A stretch of 64,000 nucleotides of DNA from Moniliella sp. 'wahieum' (Eukaryota). A model generated the notes under the pieces. It searched no databases, was not told where the DNA came from, and worked only from the letters and a program-made list of their open reading frames with translations. Location of the stretch: contig RSEE01000006.1 in NCBI GenBank assembly GCA_003971905.1, positions 1,116,001 through 1,180,000 on the forward strand, read 5' to 3'. Shown here in pieces: positions 49,416 to 61,924 of the stretch. Position 1 is the first letter of the stretch. Every line of letters starts with the position of its first letter. Made by a program: the position numbers and the translations under genes.

Positions 49416-50338
49416 TATGGGCGGGTATCGAGTATCGGTGTAGATGATTGAGATGACTCGATGACTGGTGATTCGGGGACTATGTCGGTTGGGTAGTGCG
49501 TGGGAAAGTAGAACATCGTTCGCGCTTAGACAGAGCACGAGCGGCCGCGCGAGCGCGCGAGCGCGAACGGCTGGTTGTTCCTACGCCGATCTCCGGTGCT
49601 GCCACAGGGCCAGTGTTGGTGGAGTCCCACACCGCACCCTCCTGCCACGTGCCGCCTGTGCTCAGGTGGCAGGAGGTGGCAGGAGGGCAGTCGGGGGAGC
49701 GTGGAGACGCGCCAGGGCAGTCGCCGCCACGGCCGAATGCTTTGCTCTGGGCAGCCAGGGGAGCGCGGCAGAGGGTGGGTGAGATGCATGTGATGGTGGG
49801 AACAGCACACGTGCCCAGGAGCGCCACAGCAGTCGGAACTGCCCCTGTGCGGGGCGGCTCGTACCCACTGGGCAGGCGCCCGTCCAGTGTCCATCGGCGA
49901 CTTGCGTGGTGCGTGTGACATGGGACATGGGACATGGCGAGAAGCGCGGTGGTTACATGTTGCAAGGCGCTGGTTGCACTAGCACTCTAGTCATTAGTTA
50001 CTAGTTACATGCACTGCTGGTGACGGCGGCGATGCTCGCACAGTCGTGTGCTGCCTGGCCACGATCCACACAGGCGGTGTGCCCGTCTGCGTGCGCCCGT
50101 AGCCGTGCCGTCGCAGCTGGGGAGACGCTGTTGGGTGGTGCGTCGCAGCCGCTGCGTCTCCTTCGCCCGCATGTCGCCAGGGCGCTGCCCTGCGACGCCC
50201 CCTGGCAGCCACGGCTGCCTGCATGCAGCAGCAAAACACAGCCGAGCCGCAGCTGCGTTTAAGCCAGCCGCTCTTCTCTTCTCCTCCGCTCCTCTTCTCC
50301 TCTCCCTCCTGTCCTCTCCTGTCCACCCGCCATTGTCC

Positions 50339-52087
50339 ATGTCGGCCCGCTCCCGCTCCGCCTCCACCATTGCCATCTGGCTCCCCACCGAGCCCAGCAG
50401 CGAGGCCGACGAGACCGACGGCGTCCGCGACTCCATCACCCTCCTCAACTCCTCCTCGCCTCCCGCCCACCCGCAGCCCAGATGGTGGAGGCGCTCCCCG
50501 CCCCGGGCTACTCCCGCCTCTCTCTCTTCTCCCGTGGGTCCAGCGACAGCGACGATGAGGCCGAGGAAAAGTCACCCACACTCCCTACCCATGCCCGGCG
50601 CCCACCCCCCTTCCGCCCCTCCCATCTCCACCTCCATCCCCATGCGCATCATCCACCCGTTCTTTGTGTTGGCGCACCGTGTCGGTCGCCCTGTTGTCTT
50701 TAGCTGCAACTACCGTCGTCGCTCGGCATCCTCTCCAGCTCTTCCGCGCCCCACCCTATAATCTCGTTGCGCCTCAGGCCTACGCCCAACTGCTCCACGA
50801 CTTTGTCGACAACGAGCAGCTCTCCCCCAGCCAGGGCAAGCAGTGGGCCCGCCCCATCGCGTCTCACCTCGAACAGCTCTCGGCCGGATGCAAGGCAGGG
50901 AGGATGCCGCCCGCTCCTGCCCGGCCCTGCGCACCGCCAAACCGGTGCCCTACCCCATTGCAGACACCTGCCGGCGGCCATTCCCACCACGATGTTCAGC
51001 TCCGATCGCCTCGCCCCGCCAGCCACGGAGATGGAAGCGTGGAAGGCGACTTGGAGCAACCTTGGATTCGACCCCACCTTCATCACCGACGATATGGCCG
51101 ATGCGTTCGTAACCAGCTACTTTGGTGCCAACACGTCCGAGGTGCCCAGTGCAACGGAAACGCATGGCGTGCGTTGCCACGGGGCGTCCTCCGCGCTGAT
51201 TTTCTCCGCTACATTCTTCTTCTCGTCCAAGGCGGCACATGGGCGGATATGGATGTAACTCCGCTTGCTCATCGTGACAAATGGGCCGAGCCAGACACGC
51301 GATGGATCCCCACCAGGATCGGAGGCATCTCTCGTCAAAGGGCCACTGTCCTCCTGCGGACCTCGCCCCGCCCCGCCAGAGCCCATTCGGCTTGTGGTCG
51401 GGCTGGAGTGCGAACCGTGGACGTACTTTCTCCACAGTGCACGCGGATGGCTCGAATCTCTCCACATCTGCCCATGAACCGACACAGGCAAGTCCAATTT
51501 ACCCAGTGGGCCCTGCACGGCGGCGCGGCCACCCTGTCTTGGTCGATGTACTACGCCGGATGCTCAAGGCCGACACGCTCTACTCGGCCTACCAGGTCCA
51601 ACATGCCCATCGGGTCTCGTACCCCGTCGCGGCCGATGGCGCCCGTCTCGCGCCCGCCCCCAACGCGCATCCGTGGACTGACATTGGCGCCGCGCGGCAA
51701 TGGACCCCTCCCATGCCCCTTTACCCCCGCCTGTCCGAGGGGGAGGCCGACGTGCCCGCGTGGCTGCGCTGGCCTCTGTGGCCATGGATGTGGCCCTGGC
51801 CTCGATTCGGCTGGCATCCTCTCAGCGTGGAGGAGTGGACTGGACCGGCAGTCTGGACCGACTCAGTGGTGAGTTACCTCTATGCCGTTGGTGGCATCCG
51901 TCCCCGTGACCTGTACGGCCTTTCGCATCCGGTCCAAGTGGCCGACGTGCTCATCGCGCCTTCCTCCTGGTTCAATCCGGACCACCGCCGGTGGCACCAG
52001 GCCAAGCTGGTCCACAATTTCCGCGGGTCATGGAAACATGGCGCGGACAGCGTACCGGCTAACCCGCCGCCCAAGCGGTCCCGATGA
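50339..52087 (+). CDS. Glycosyltransferase family 32 (Och1/Hoc1-like alpha-mannosyltransferase), type II membrane protein
   Basis: LPRGVLRADFLRYILLLVQGGTWADMDV (DxD), LVVGLE, VQFTQWAL, HPVLVDVL, EWTGPAVWTDSV, VHNFRGSWK; N-proximal hydrophobic stretch; frameshifts. Confidence 0.88.
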
Positions 52088-52983
52088 ACTCCGTCAATTT
52101 CGTGGCTCCTGTTTTCATCCCACGAACCGAACGGCTTGGATAAAGCAAGCTTCCGCCTTCCTCCCCGACCCAAGCATGTTTTTTGCGTGTACATCTCTTG
52201 CCTGTTTATGGACTACTTCGTTCCCCCCTCCCTTTTCCTTCCCCCCCCCCGCCCATCCTTGGGACTTTGAACTTTTGCCACAGACAATTTGTACTTCTAT
52301 TGCCTCCCTCCCTTCATTCTACCCTACCGCCCCACCTTGCCCATGATCCACAATGCCTAGTATGGCGTATGCTTTCCGTCTCGGGCCTTTCCCTGTGCGT
52401 GACCTGCATACGCTTAGTATAGCCCCCAGCCATCCTACCGGGCTGGATGAATGATATACGGTAGATATGCCTTACTTTCTCTGCGCGGATCGGGCGGAAA
52501 TGGAGAGTGGGAAGATATTAGGATGCAAACTTAGGAGAGAGTGGTGCCGAATGTGAGCTTTAAAGCAATCGGGTAGCGCCAGTAAGTGACCCCGTGAGCG
52601 AAGGCACAGGAAGCATCGGTTTGGGTATAATAGACTAGCAATCACACGACGAAGAGGAATTGGAGACGGGAGAAGTTGGTGATCCTCTCCTGTTGATGTA
52701 ATTGGGTCCGGGGGTTCCTTCGTTTTCTGTTCGTGGTAATGCCTTCGTACTGCTTGTGGACAGCACGCTCACTTGGCCCTCTCGTTTATAAGCAACCCCC
52801 TTTTAGCAGTTTGCTGGGCTGGCCACCCAGCGGAATTCAGGCGCCCATGCGACTTGAAGCTTGAATATTCAATTGAATCTTCAATCTTGAATCTGCTCTC
52901 TTGACGCCTCGCCTCCGCTCGTCGTACCCGTCCTAGCCCACCCACCTCCACCTGCCTTTCCTCCCTCTCCGCCTGCCTTCCGC

Positions 52984-54682
52984 ATGGTCGCCATCCCCGC
53001 GTCTCAGCTGAGCACCGGCCTTGTCCTGCTGCAGGCCGCTGGCCAGTTCCCACCTGGCGCCGAGGGCCTCGTGCGCGCCCACCTCGCCCTCACGGCCCAA
53101 ACGTATGCCGAGACGCTGCTGCTGCCCACCTGTCTGCACGACGCCAGCCTGGTCGCCGGCACGCGAGCCGCGCTCGCCCTCGTCCACGCCCACAGCATGC
53201 CAATCGACCTCCCTGCCATCCAAGCAGCGCGCTGGCTTGCGCTTGCCGCGCCCACCACCACTGCTGCTGCTGCTGCATCGCGCAAGGTGCTGCCCCGCCT
53301 ACCGTTCTGGGACAAGTCGAGGCGGCCTTGTCCTCGGCCGATGGCACGCCGCTGCCCAACAGGAAGAGCGTGCGCGCGCTCGCGGCCCTCGTGTGGGCGT
53401 GCCAGACAGGATCCGAGGTCTGGACCCCGCTCGAGTGGGGGGAGAAACGGGTCATGTCCCTCGCTGCCCATCTGGTCCGGCTCTACCACCTTGCGCGCCA
53501 GCAGGACGGAGTGGAGGGCCTGGCTTTGGCGTGGGACGTGCTGGAGTGCACCTTGCTCTTATCCGCCCGTGCACCGCCGTACGTGTTGGAGATCCTGGCG
53601 GACCTGCGGGAAGAAGCACATGGACTGCAACATTCGCTTTCTACCTCGGGCCAAGTAGACGAGGACTTGGGCCGCTACCTTCCCCTCTCCTTGGCCCTGG
53701 GTGAGAGTGTAACCCAGTACACCTCCCTCCAACCGTCCCGCTCCCCCCGATCGCCATCACCGCCGCCGTCGCCGCCACCCCCACCGCCTTCCAACGCAAC
53801 AATATCTTTTCTGACGCGGACCTGCTGCGCGCCCAGCGGCTTCGGAGGGACGTGCCCCTGTCGGCGCTGGACGAGGCGAGCAAGAAAGCGATTGTGGCGC
53901 GTGGTTTGGCCGAGAGCGAGGACGAAGAAGAAGGCACGACACTGGGCACGTTTGGTGTCAACCCGTTTGGTCGGGCAGTCGAGGACGGGGGAGGGGACGT
54001 CGTCGTCGGACGAAGAGGCGGTGGTGCCGAAAGAGCCCGTGGAGGAGGACCAAGAGCCAACGGGCTTGTGGAGGCGTCAAAGGGTTGTTCGCGCATCCGA
54101 TCCGCGCGGCGTCAACGAATGGCGCACCCGCGCTCACGATTGGCAAGCTTCCTCGGACGACGAGACGGACTTGCCCGGTCCCAAGGCGCCCATCGCCGCC
54201 GCTTCGGCTACCCCAGCTGGTCCAGCTCCAGCTCCCACCGGCATCCAGCTCGGCGACGAAAAAGTCCTCTTGGCCGCCTATGCCGCCAGTGCCGACCACC
54301 TGTCCAAGGCGGGCCGCGGAACCAAGCCCCGATCTCTCCTCAAGGCCGCCCTCGGCGGCCGATGGGACGATCATCAGATCGAGTCGTGGAGCAGCATGTT
54401 GGGTCGCAACCCTAAAAAGGATGCACTCCTAGCACCCTACCAACGCACCGGCTTGCCCGCTGGCGGCAATCCCAACCTGCGTCTTGGTCCGGGCCAGGGC
54501 AACAGCAACAGCAGCAGCGGCGGCGGGGCACAAACCAAGGGCAAAGCCAAAGCCAACGACGGGGACAAGAAACCTCCCTGTCCGAACGCGAGCGCCGCAA
54601 CAAGGAGCGCAGGGGCAACGTGGCGCGCCAACGCGGCGCCGATCGTAAGGCGGCCAAGACGGGGATGTTCCCAACCACCTAA
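52984..54682 (+). CDS. Probable Cue3/ASCC2-like protein (ribosome quality control)
   Basis: C-terminal DEKVLLAAY...WDDHQIESWSSMLGRNPKK and basic tail ERERRNKERRGNVARQRGADRKAAK resemble fungal Cue3/ASCC2 C-termini. No CUE domain is clearly visible. Confidence 0.55.
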
Positions 54683-55730
54683 ACCTCCACCCTGTTTCGT
54701 TTCCCCTCAACTCCTTGGCCCCTTGGACTCCACTTCCCTCCTACCTACTCACCTACTCCTCGTCCCATGGTGCCTTGTGCTTGGCCCTTCACGCCCCTCA
54801 TTTCATCCTAAGTGTCCTGCCACACCATTCTTTTTCCTAGGATGGCGCCTTTTGGTTTTCTCGAGTCGGCCACTTGCACCCAGCTCGTTGCTGCCAAGTC
54901 GTGCAAGGCTTGAGATGAGGCCCACGAGAAGAATGCAGGTGCGCATGATAGTACCGTAGGCGTGGCATTTTGACGTGTCAATATTGGGTTCAACTTGGCC
55001 GGTGGCTGCCGGGACTCAGAGACCACTACAGGAAGCCCACTGGTGGGTATCACAGCACTGCACGCACTCTTCCTTGTATTTCATTGGGCAGTTGGTGTCC
55101 TCTCTCCAGTGCACCCCACTGCGGCGCTCCTTGCTTCCCTCGCGTAATTTCAACCTCCCTATCGCCAGTCGCCGATCGCCTAACCACCTCTACTGCAGTA
55201 ATTTGCTCCTCGGCAGAGTGCTCGCTTCCATGGCACATGCATCCTGCAGCATCGCCGTCAGACAGCGGTGCAATGGCATGTGCCCGTTGAGAACGCGGGC
55301 GTTATGTGAGCATGACAGAATGCTTCAGCGTATCCCTCCCTCAAGCACACGTAGATCACATCCTCGATCCAATAGGGCCTATATGCCATGCCGGGGCAAC
55401 GTGGGCCTACTCCTACGTTTGCCCATCTTCACTCAAACAGGATGTACTCCGAGCGGGGCTGCAATACAGAACGCGCTCAGGGCGTAAGCAAGGCAAAGAG
55501 GAAAGAGGGAGATTTCGGAAGACCGTGAAGCAAGAAAAATGGATGGGCCAAGACATGGATAATGAACCTGTGTAGTATGGCGGGCGATCGTAAGCTGCGC
55601 ATGGCGCGCACCAGCCGTATCTTTCCCCCCACAAGGGGAAGACGGACGATGCAGTTGTGCATGAGAGCAAAAATAAGGGGAAAAAGGGGAGACTGCAGTA
55701 GATAGGGAAAACGGTAATGTGAGGTCGGGA

Positions 55731-57965
55731 TTACAGCATGGTAGCAGTCATCACGACAGCCGCAACGGCCACCCCACTGAGGCAGGAGAAGGTCCGCTGA
55801 GATGCCGCGGACTTCTTGGAGGTGGCGCCATTCCCGCCCGAGGGGGCCGCCTTGGTCGAGGCCGCGGCCGGGGAGGCCGAAGTGGAGCCCGACGAAGGCG
55901 CACCAACAGGCTGGTACGTCTGTCCTTTGGCCGTGGCCTGGATCATCTCGGCACCAATTTCGGCCAGGCCATAGGTGATGGTCATCAAGTGCTGCGACAT
56001 GGACAGCGGCGGGACACTGGAATCGATCACACGCAGGTTCTGCGTATTGTACACCTTGAACTCTTGGTCCACCACGCCACCCAACTCGAGCGGAAGCATG
56101 CTGTTGGACGAGCTGGGGTGGTACTCGGTGCCCGACGAGTTGGCCACAAACGTGTCCCAGTCCTGGTCCGATTGCACCGCAGTGCCAGGGGAGAGTTCGG
56201 CGTTGGTGTACAGCGACAGCGGCGCCGCCGTGCCCACCTGCCGGGCAAACCGACATCCGTCACGCATGATCTGCTTGTCCTCCTCGTACAGCAAGTAGGC
56301 CGGGTCGATCAACGGCGGGTCAAAGGCCGAGGTGGAGTTGATCTTGACACTGCCACGGGACACGGGGTGCTGCAGGCCGCATTCGACAAGAATGTTGCCG
56401 TACGTGTTGCCCAGCAGGATCTCAACCGTGGGCACATCTTGAGGATACAATGTATCGGCCAACTCGTAGCTCGTCGCATTAAAGCCCGCCTTGACCGTGT
56501 CGGGGGCATCGTAGGACTGCACATAGTTCGCAATGTTGGACCGGTAGGTGCTGATGAAGGATTCCGTTGCGTTTTCTCCTACAATCTTGCTCAGCGGCAC
56601 GTAGGCCGTGGCCGAGTTGACGTAACTGTCAACCGTTGCGTTGCCAGTGATCTTGGACGGAGGCATGGTCACATTTGTTTGAGGCGAGAAGGTGACGGCG
56701 GTCGAGACATGGTCTTGGAGGTTGAACCCTACGCCTGGGACGTTGGCCACCTGCTTGATCCCCAGCGGGTTCAGCACCGAACTATCGCCCACACCCGACA
56801 GCTGCAACAACTGCGGCGAGCCAATCACACCAGCCGAGATGATGACCTCATTGTTGGCAGAGACGGTGTAGGTGGGCTGATTGGCCGCCGCGGCGAATTG
56901 GATGCCGGTCGCCTTGGGCGTCGAAGCGGACGTGTCAAACACAATCTTGGTCGCCTGGTAGCCCGTCAAGACATGCAAGTTGGGACGGTAGACGACGGGG
57001 TCAAGGTAGCCCGTGCGGGAAAAGGAGCGGGTCCAGTTGCTCGGGTTGATCGCACTGGCCGAGAGAAAGGGACCCGAGTTGTTGCCGCCATAGGCATCCT
57101 TGTTGAGGGAGATGCCCGAGACAGTGGTGATGGCCTGGAGGAAGGCACCCACATCAGCGTACGAGGTGGCGGGGAACGAGTAGTGCACCGGCCCATCTCG
57201 CCATGCGACGTTTGGTTGTACGGGACGAGCGAGTGTTTCCGGCCAGGGTCACCGGCGGTAATGATCCGGTCGGCAGCCGGCTGGACGGGGGTGTAGGTCT
57301 CGGATTTCTTCATCGCATCCAACACGTTGGCCCAGGACCAGGTGGCCTGGGCGTCGGCCCCCAAGGGCTCCACCAGCTTGGCCCAACTGTCCTGCTCCGC
57401 CGCCGGCTGACGCACAAGGTACAACCCATTGATCGCACTCGACCCACCGAGAGTCTTGCCACGGGGCCAGGGCAGGACGCGGTTGTACATGGTGGACTGT
57501 GCCGTGGTCTTGTAAGCCCAGTCCATGTCGGTGCCCACAGCCGAGTCGTACACCTGCATGAGAGGGGGATGTTAGCACCAAATCAGAAGCAGGACAAGAA
57601 GAGTCGATAACAGGGCGCAATCCACCTACATTGGCGGCCGGAGTCGTGAGACTTGTTTGGCCTTCGCCACTGGGGCCAGCCTCGACGACGGCGACGGTGG
57701 TGGTGGCGTCCTCGGTGAGGCGAGAGGCAAGGACGAGACCGGCATTGCCGCCTCCGACAATCACATAGTCGAACGTCTGACCGTCAAACGCTTGGCCGTT
57801 GGTGGAGATGCCGTTGGGCGCACCACCGGTGGCGCGGTGAGTGTAGCGGTGCTCAAAGCCAGCGTGGTGGTGGGGGTCGGCAGCAACGGCGAGAGCAGCA
57901 GAGCTGGTAACTGCGACGACGGCGTGGACGAACGCAAGGCGGCGGCGATTGGAGGGGTGACGCAT
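55731..57965 (-). CDS. Secreted GMC oxidoreductase (AA3_2, glucose oxidase/dehydrogenase-like) with probable GPI signal
   Basis: Signal peptide, FDYVIVGGGNAGLVLASRL, PRGKTLGGSSAING, AGVIGSPQLLQLSGVG, VGFNLQDH, EYHP, NLRVIDSS, SQHLMTITY; S/A/T-rich linker and hydrophobic C-tail. Intron 57554-57629. Confidence 0.93.
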
Positions 57966-58573
57966 CGTCAAGGAAGAAAGAGCGTGTGGGGAGGGGAGGG
58001 AGGAAGGGGGGCGGGGCGAGGCGCAAGAGACGGTGGTGGAGATGGAGGGGGAAGGGAAGGTGCAACGGGCGTGGCCCAGTAAAGAGGGTGTGGGTCGGCG
58101 CGAGAGACAGAGGCGGCTGCGGTGGCATGGCGCAGACTGGTGTGCTGGCCAGTGCGGATGGGAAAGGGCAGAGCGTCGGACCTACTCCGGTGGAGGAGGT
58201 GGTGTGGGCTGGTGCTGAGGCGCTGAGACTGCGTACTCAGCCTCAGCGCGCCAGCGCCCAGAGAGCCAGGAACGCAGACAGGAAAGCAGGCACGCGTGCC
58301 GGCCGGCGTAGCGCCTGCAGCACACAGTGTTCTTCTGGTGCCGGTAAGCGGCGCCACGCCGGCACGGGATCGGCGCGCCCACCCGGCACAAGCACAGTGT
58401 CAGCGCCGGCATGCCGGCCACGTGGGGGCGATCGCACCAGCACGGGGGCAGTGCATGGCTGGAGGCGTTCACCTTTGCCGGAGTGGGATGGTCGATGGTG
58501 GATGGCGTGCACTAGCGCACTATGCCTCGGTTAATATGTTTAGCGCATAACGCGAACGCGTAACCAACCGTGC

Positions 58574-59207
58574 GATCTGAGATCTGAGTTCTGAGTAATC
58601 TACAAGCGGTTTAGTGCTGGATTCTATCAGGCTGTATCAAATGTCGGATGCGCGGCTGTCACTAGTGTCACTAGTCACTGTTAGCACTTGCTCCATGCAA
58701 CCTCTCCATGCGGCTCGACAGGTGCGATAACTTCGATGGCTGCCAGGTCACCATCACATGCCGCCTGTCCCAAATGTCACAAGGGCACCGATCGTCAAGC
58801 GCGTCAAGCTTCAAGCTTCAAGCTTCAACATCGTCACCATCAGTCACTTGACTAATCGCTGTGACATATGGCTGTGACATGTGACGAGTCTTGTGACTGA
58901 GCAGCCAAGCGAACCGCAGGTGCAAGCCCTTGGCCTTCTAGGCCTTGTACGCGCTTACGCGCTTACGCCTTACGCCTTACGCTTTATATGATACCCCTCC
59001 CGATAGCTCAGTCTCAGGCCCCAGTGCCTCAGCCACCCAACCCGCCCAGGCTCAGTGCTGAGCCTCAGCGCGCAGGGTCCCTGGATAGGGTCAACCTATT
59101 ATCAAAGTCGGCCAAACTCCGTCTGCTGCTAGGAAAGCGGCGACACTTCTCACACCTCAGACCTCAGATCTCATGGTGCTTCTTCAAGCTTCAAGCTTCA
59201 AGCTTCA
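58574..59207. repeat. Cluster of different heptamer tandem repeats (GATCTGA, GTCACTA, TCAAGCT, TGTGACA, CTTACGC, ACCTCAG, CTTCAAG)
   Basis: Arrays at 58574-58594, 58658-58680, 58804-58828, 58873-58886, 58962-58982, 59154-59167 and 59182-59207. Confidence 0.85.
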
Positions 59208-59338
59208 TCCTCTCCCAACTCCGCTTCCTCATGAAGGACACCGCGCTCATTCTTCACAGGCACACGGTCGTGAATCGCGGCGGCACAACAAATCATCTTC
59301 ATTTTTTGGATCAGTAGTTCGACGTTGAGCTGCGCTTT

Positions 59339-60668
59339 TCAGTCGACCACAGCAACCATCTTTCCAATGTTCTTGTTGGCCTCCATCTCCAGGTGCAAAT
59401 CCTGTATCTCCCGCCACGAGGCTACTTTGTGAAGCAAAATGGTGTGGGGCGTCACTTCGCCCGGGCCTGGCGTTGATGGGGCCTCGAGCCCAGCCAGGAT
59501 GCGGTCGAGGATCCCGTGGCGCAGAAAGGCTTGGACGAGATTACCCTGGTAGGCCAAAGATCGAGAGCGTAGCGTTGATCCCTCGACGCGCAGACGTTTG
59601 TACAGTAGCGGAAGGATCAAGGCGTCCTTGCTCTTGGCTCCGCCCAACGTTGCAAGCAGTACCATCCGGCCATCCCGCCGCAGTGACGCCACGTTCTTGT
59701 TCCAGTAACTGCCCGCCACAAAATCCACTACCACATCCACGCTGCCCGCCTTGGCCTTCTTGCCACCCAGACCGGTGTGCGCTGCCAACTCGACGTCCCA
59801 CTCGCACGTTTGTAGTTCCACCACCGGCATCTGCCCCGGCCACCTGCACGCACGTAGCTACCTTCTCGTCGGTACCGGCCGTGGCATATACCCGACGCGC
59901 GCCTAGGTCCCGTGCCAGTTGGATCGCCGCCAGGCCCACCCCCGACGCGCCCGCATGAACCAACACATCCTTCCCCAGTTCTTGCAATTCGTCATGATTT
60001 GCCGCCAGGGGGTCGAGACCCAAAGTCTCCCTTCGTTCTCGCTTCGTCTCTTCATCCCATTCCGCCGGCGGGCGCAGGTCGGCAATCGTCCGGAGCGCCT
60101 GGAATGCCGTCAACCAGTTCTCCGGGATCGCAGCCGCCTTGGTCCAACTGAGAAAAGATGGCTTGGGCAACAGGAGCGAGGCGCGGACCTTGATGTACTC
60201 GGCGTACGCTCCGCCCAGCGCCAGGCCAAATACTTCGTCCCCCACGCGGGGATGGTAACTGGGGTGCAGCTCCTCCGCTGCGGCGGACGTTGACGTTGCA
60301 ACAGGCGGCGAGGGACCGACGGCCTCGACCACACCACTAAATTCGACCCCAAGAATATCGGACGTGCCAGGCGGCAAGGGATACTTGCCTTCGCGCTGCA
60401 AAATGTCCATCCGGTTCAAGCCAAACGCGTGGACCTTGACCACCACCTCGGGCCCGGCCCCATCGTCCAGGGGGTTGGAGGTGAGCTGGGGCTTGGCAGT
60501 GTTTGCAATGTGCAAGTGGCTTGCTGGGCCCACGCCTCCCTTGACAAGCACGGCGCGCATCTCTTCCGGCTGGCGAGCGGCCGAGTGGTGGTTAGCGCGC
60601 CCACCGAAGATGAGGCGGGGGCACGGGCAACGGCGACAGGCGGAAAGGGAAATCGCGGACCAAGACAT
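59339..60668 (-). CDS. NADPH:quinone oxidoreductase, PIG3-like (MDR family)
   Basis: AFGLNRMDILQREGKYPLPPG, ILGVEFSG, GGAYAEY, AAAIPENWLTAFQAL, VLVHAGASGVGLAAIQLA, GSTLRSRS, MEANKNIGKMV. Probable first intron GTCCGC..GCTAAC..CCAG; start approximate. Confidence 0.93.
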
Positions 60669-61924
60669 CTAGGCAGAAAGGCAGCGTGGGGCATCCGCAC
60701 GCCCGCCGAGGGGAGGGAGCGGGCTGAGACGAGCATGGCGACCAAGAAGACAAGGGTGTTCAGCAGCCGTTGGTGGGGGCAGGGTGGATTGGTGTTGCGA
60801 ACAAGGAGGTGGTGATGGCGCACAAGCTGAGAGCCGTCAGGCTGACGCAGCATGGCAAGGGGAGGCGATGCGCTGATGCACCGACGTCTGTCCATGTCGG
60901 TGGCTCGTGCACCGACGTCATGGAAACTTTCAAGCAGGATGAGCTGGTGCGTGCGGGGGTTGCGGCGGCTCTCAGATCTAATTATGGCGCGCACATTTTC
61001 CTGTCAGTCGGGGCTAAGGCGAGGGAGACCAGAGTCTCGCGACTAGGTCAAGGGATGTAGCAATCGTTCGTGGGGAAGAAGCAAAAGCAGAGGACATGGT
61101 GCGAAGTGGAAGAAACAGGGAAAGAGCGGGACGCTCGGGACGAAGAAATTGGAAATGGGAACGACGAGATCAGTCAAAAACTAATATGGCAATTCCCATT
61201 GGATGGCAGTGGCAATTATTGCTAGCATGACTTGTGCTTCTCGCATATACAAGAAACTCACTGGCCCCTCGCTTTGAATGATGGAAGCTCGGCCTGAGCG
61301 CCTCGCTGGTAGGAATATGAGGCCATTGCATGTGGCGCTATAATTCCTGAGAACGCTACGCTCTACTGACGTCGAGACCCTTCCCGTTTTAGGGATTCAG
61401 TCGCCGTGTTTGGCGCACAACCGTCGCCACCGCGTCACCCATCACCAGTCCCACAGCCCCCCCCCCGCACATGCTCTCGATGAAGGATGAACGTACGATG
61501 AACCCCACTTCCACTTTTGCCCCTGGGAGGGGGGCAAAAGAAAGTGTGTGGGGTACAAGACAGAACTGGGAGTAGGCAGAGAATATAGCGTTTGTCTATA
61601 TTGATAGCAAACCGGAGAGGTTATGTTGGGGCGCAGCTGGGCGTTTTCTAGAGCATCTTCCCTCTGCCGTAAAAGGCCGTGGGAGAGACTATAGCTCTTC
61701 TGCATTTCTCCCCGCACTTTTTTATCGCCACACGCATACACCTTTAAGGGCCGCAGAACGCTGACACCATGAGGGGCTGTCGGTTCAACAGATCCTATTA
61801 TAACTGCAGCCCTCCTCTGATCGATCGCTTCTCTTTTTTCCCTCATCGTCCTCATCTCTTTTTCTCCCTTTTCAGCAACAACCACGTGGCGCATATTCAC
61901 GTTTCCCCCCATCAAAGACCATCC

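Noticed and set aside
55719..57296. 525-aa plus-strand ORF (likewise 32778..33824 and 41387..42604 on the minus strand)
   Set aside because: Antisense shadows of the GMC, NDUFS7 and SEC7 genes, expected from GC-rich codon usage; no recognisable motifs.
55731..60668. Secondary-metabolite gene cluster around the GMC oxidase and quinone reductase
   Set aside because: No PKS, NRPS, terpene synthase, cluster transcription factor or MFS exporter in the window.
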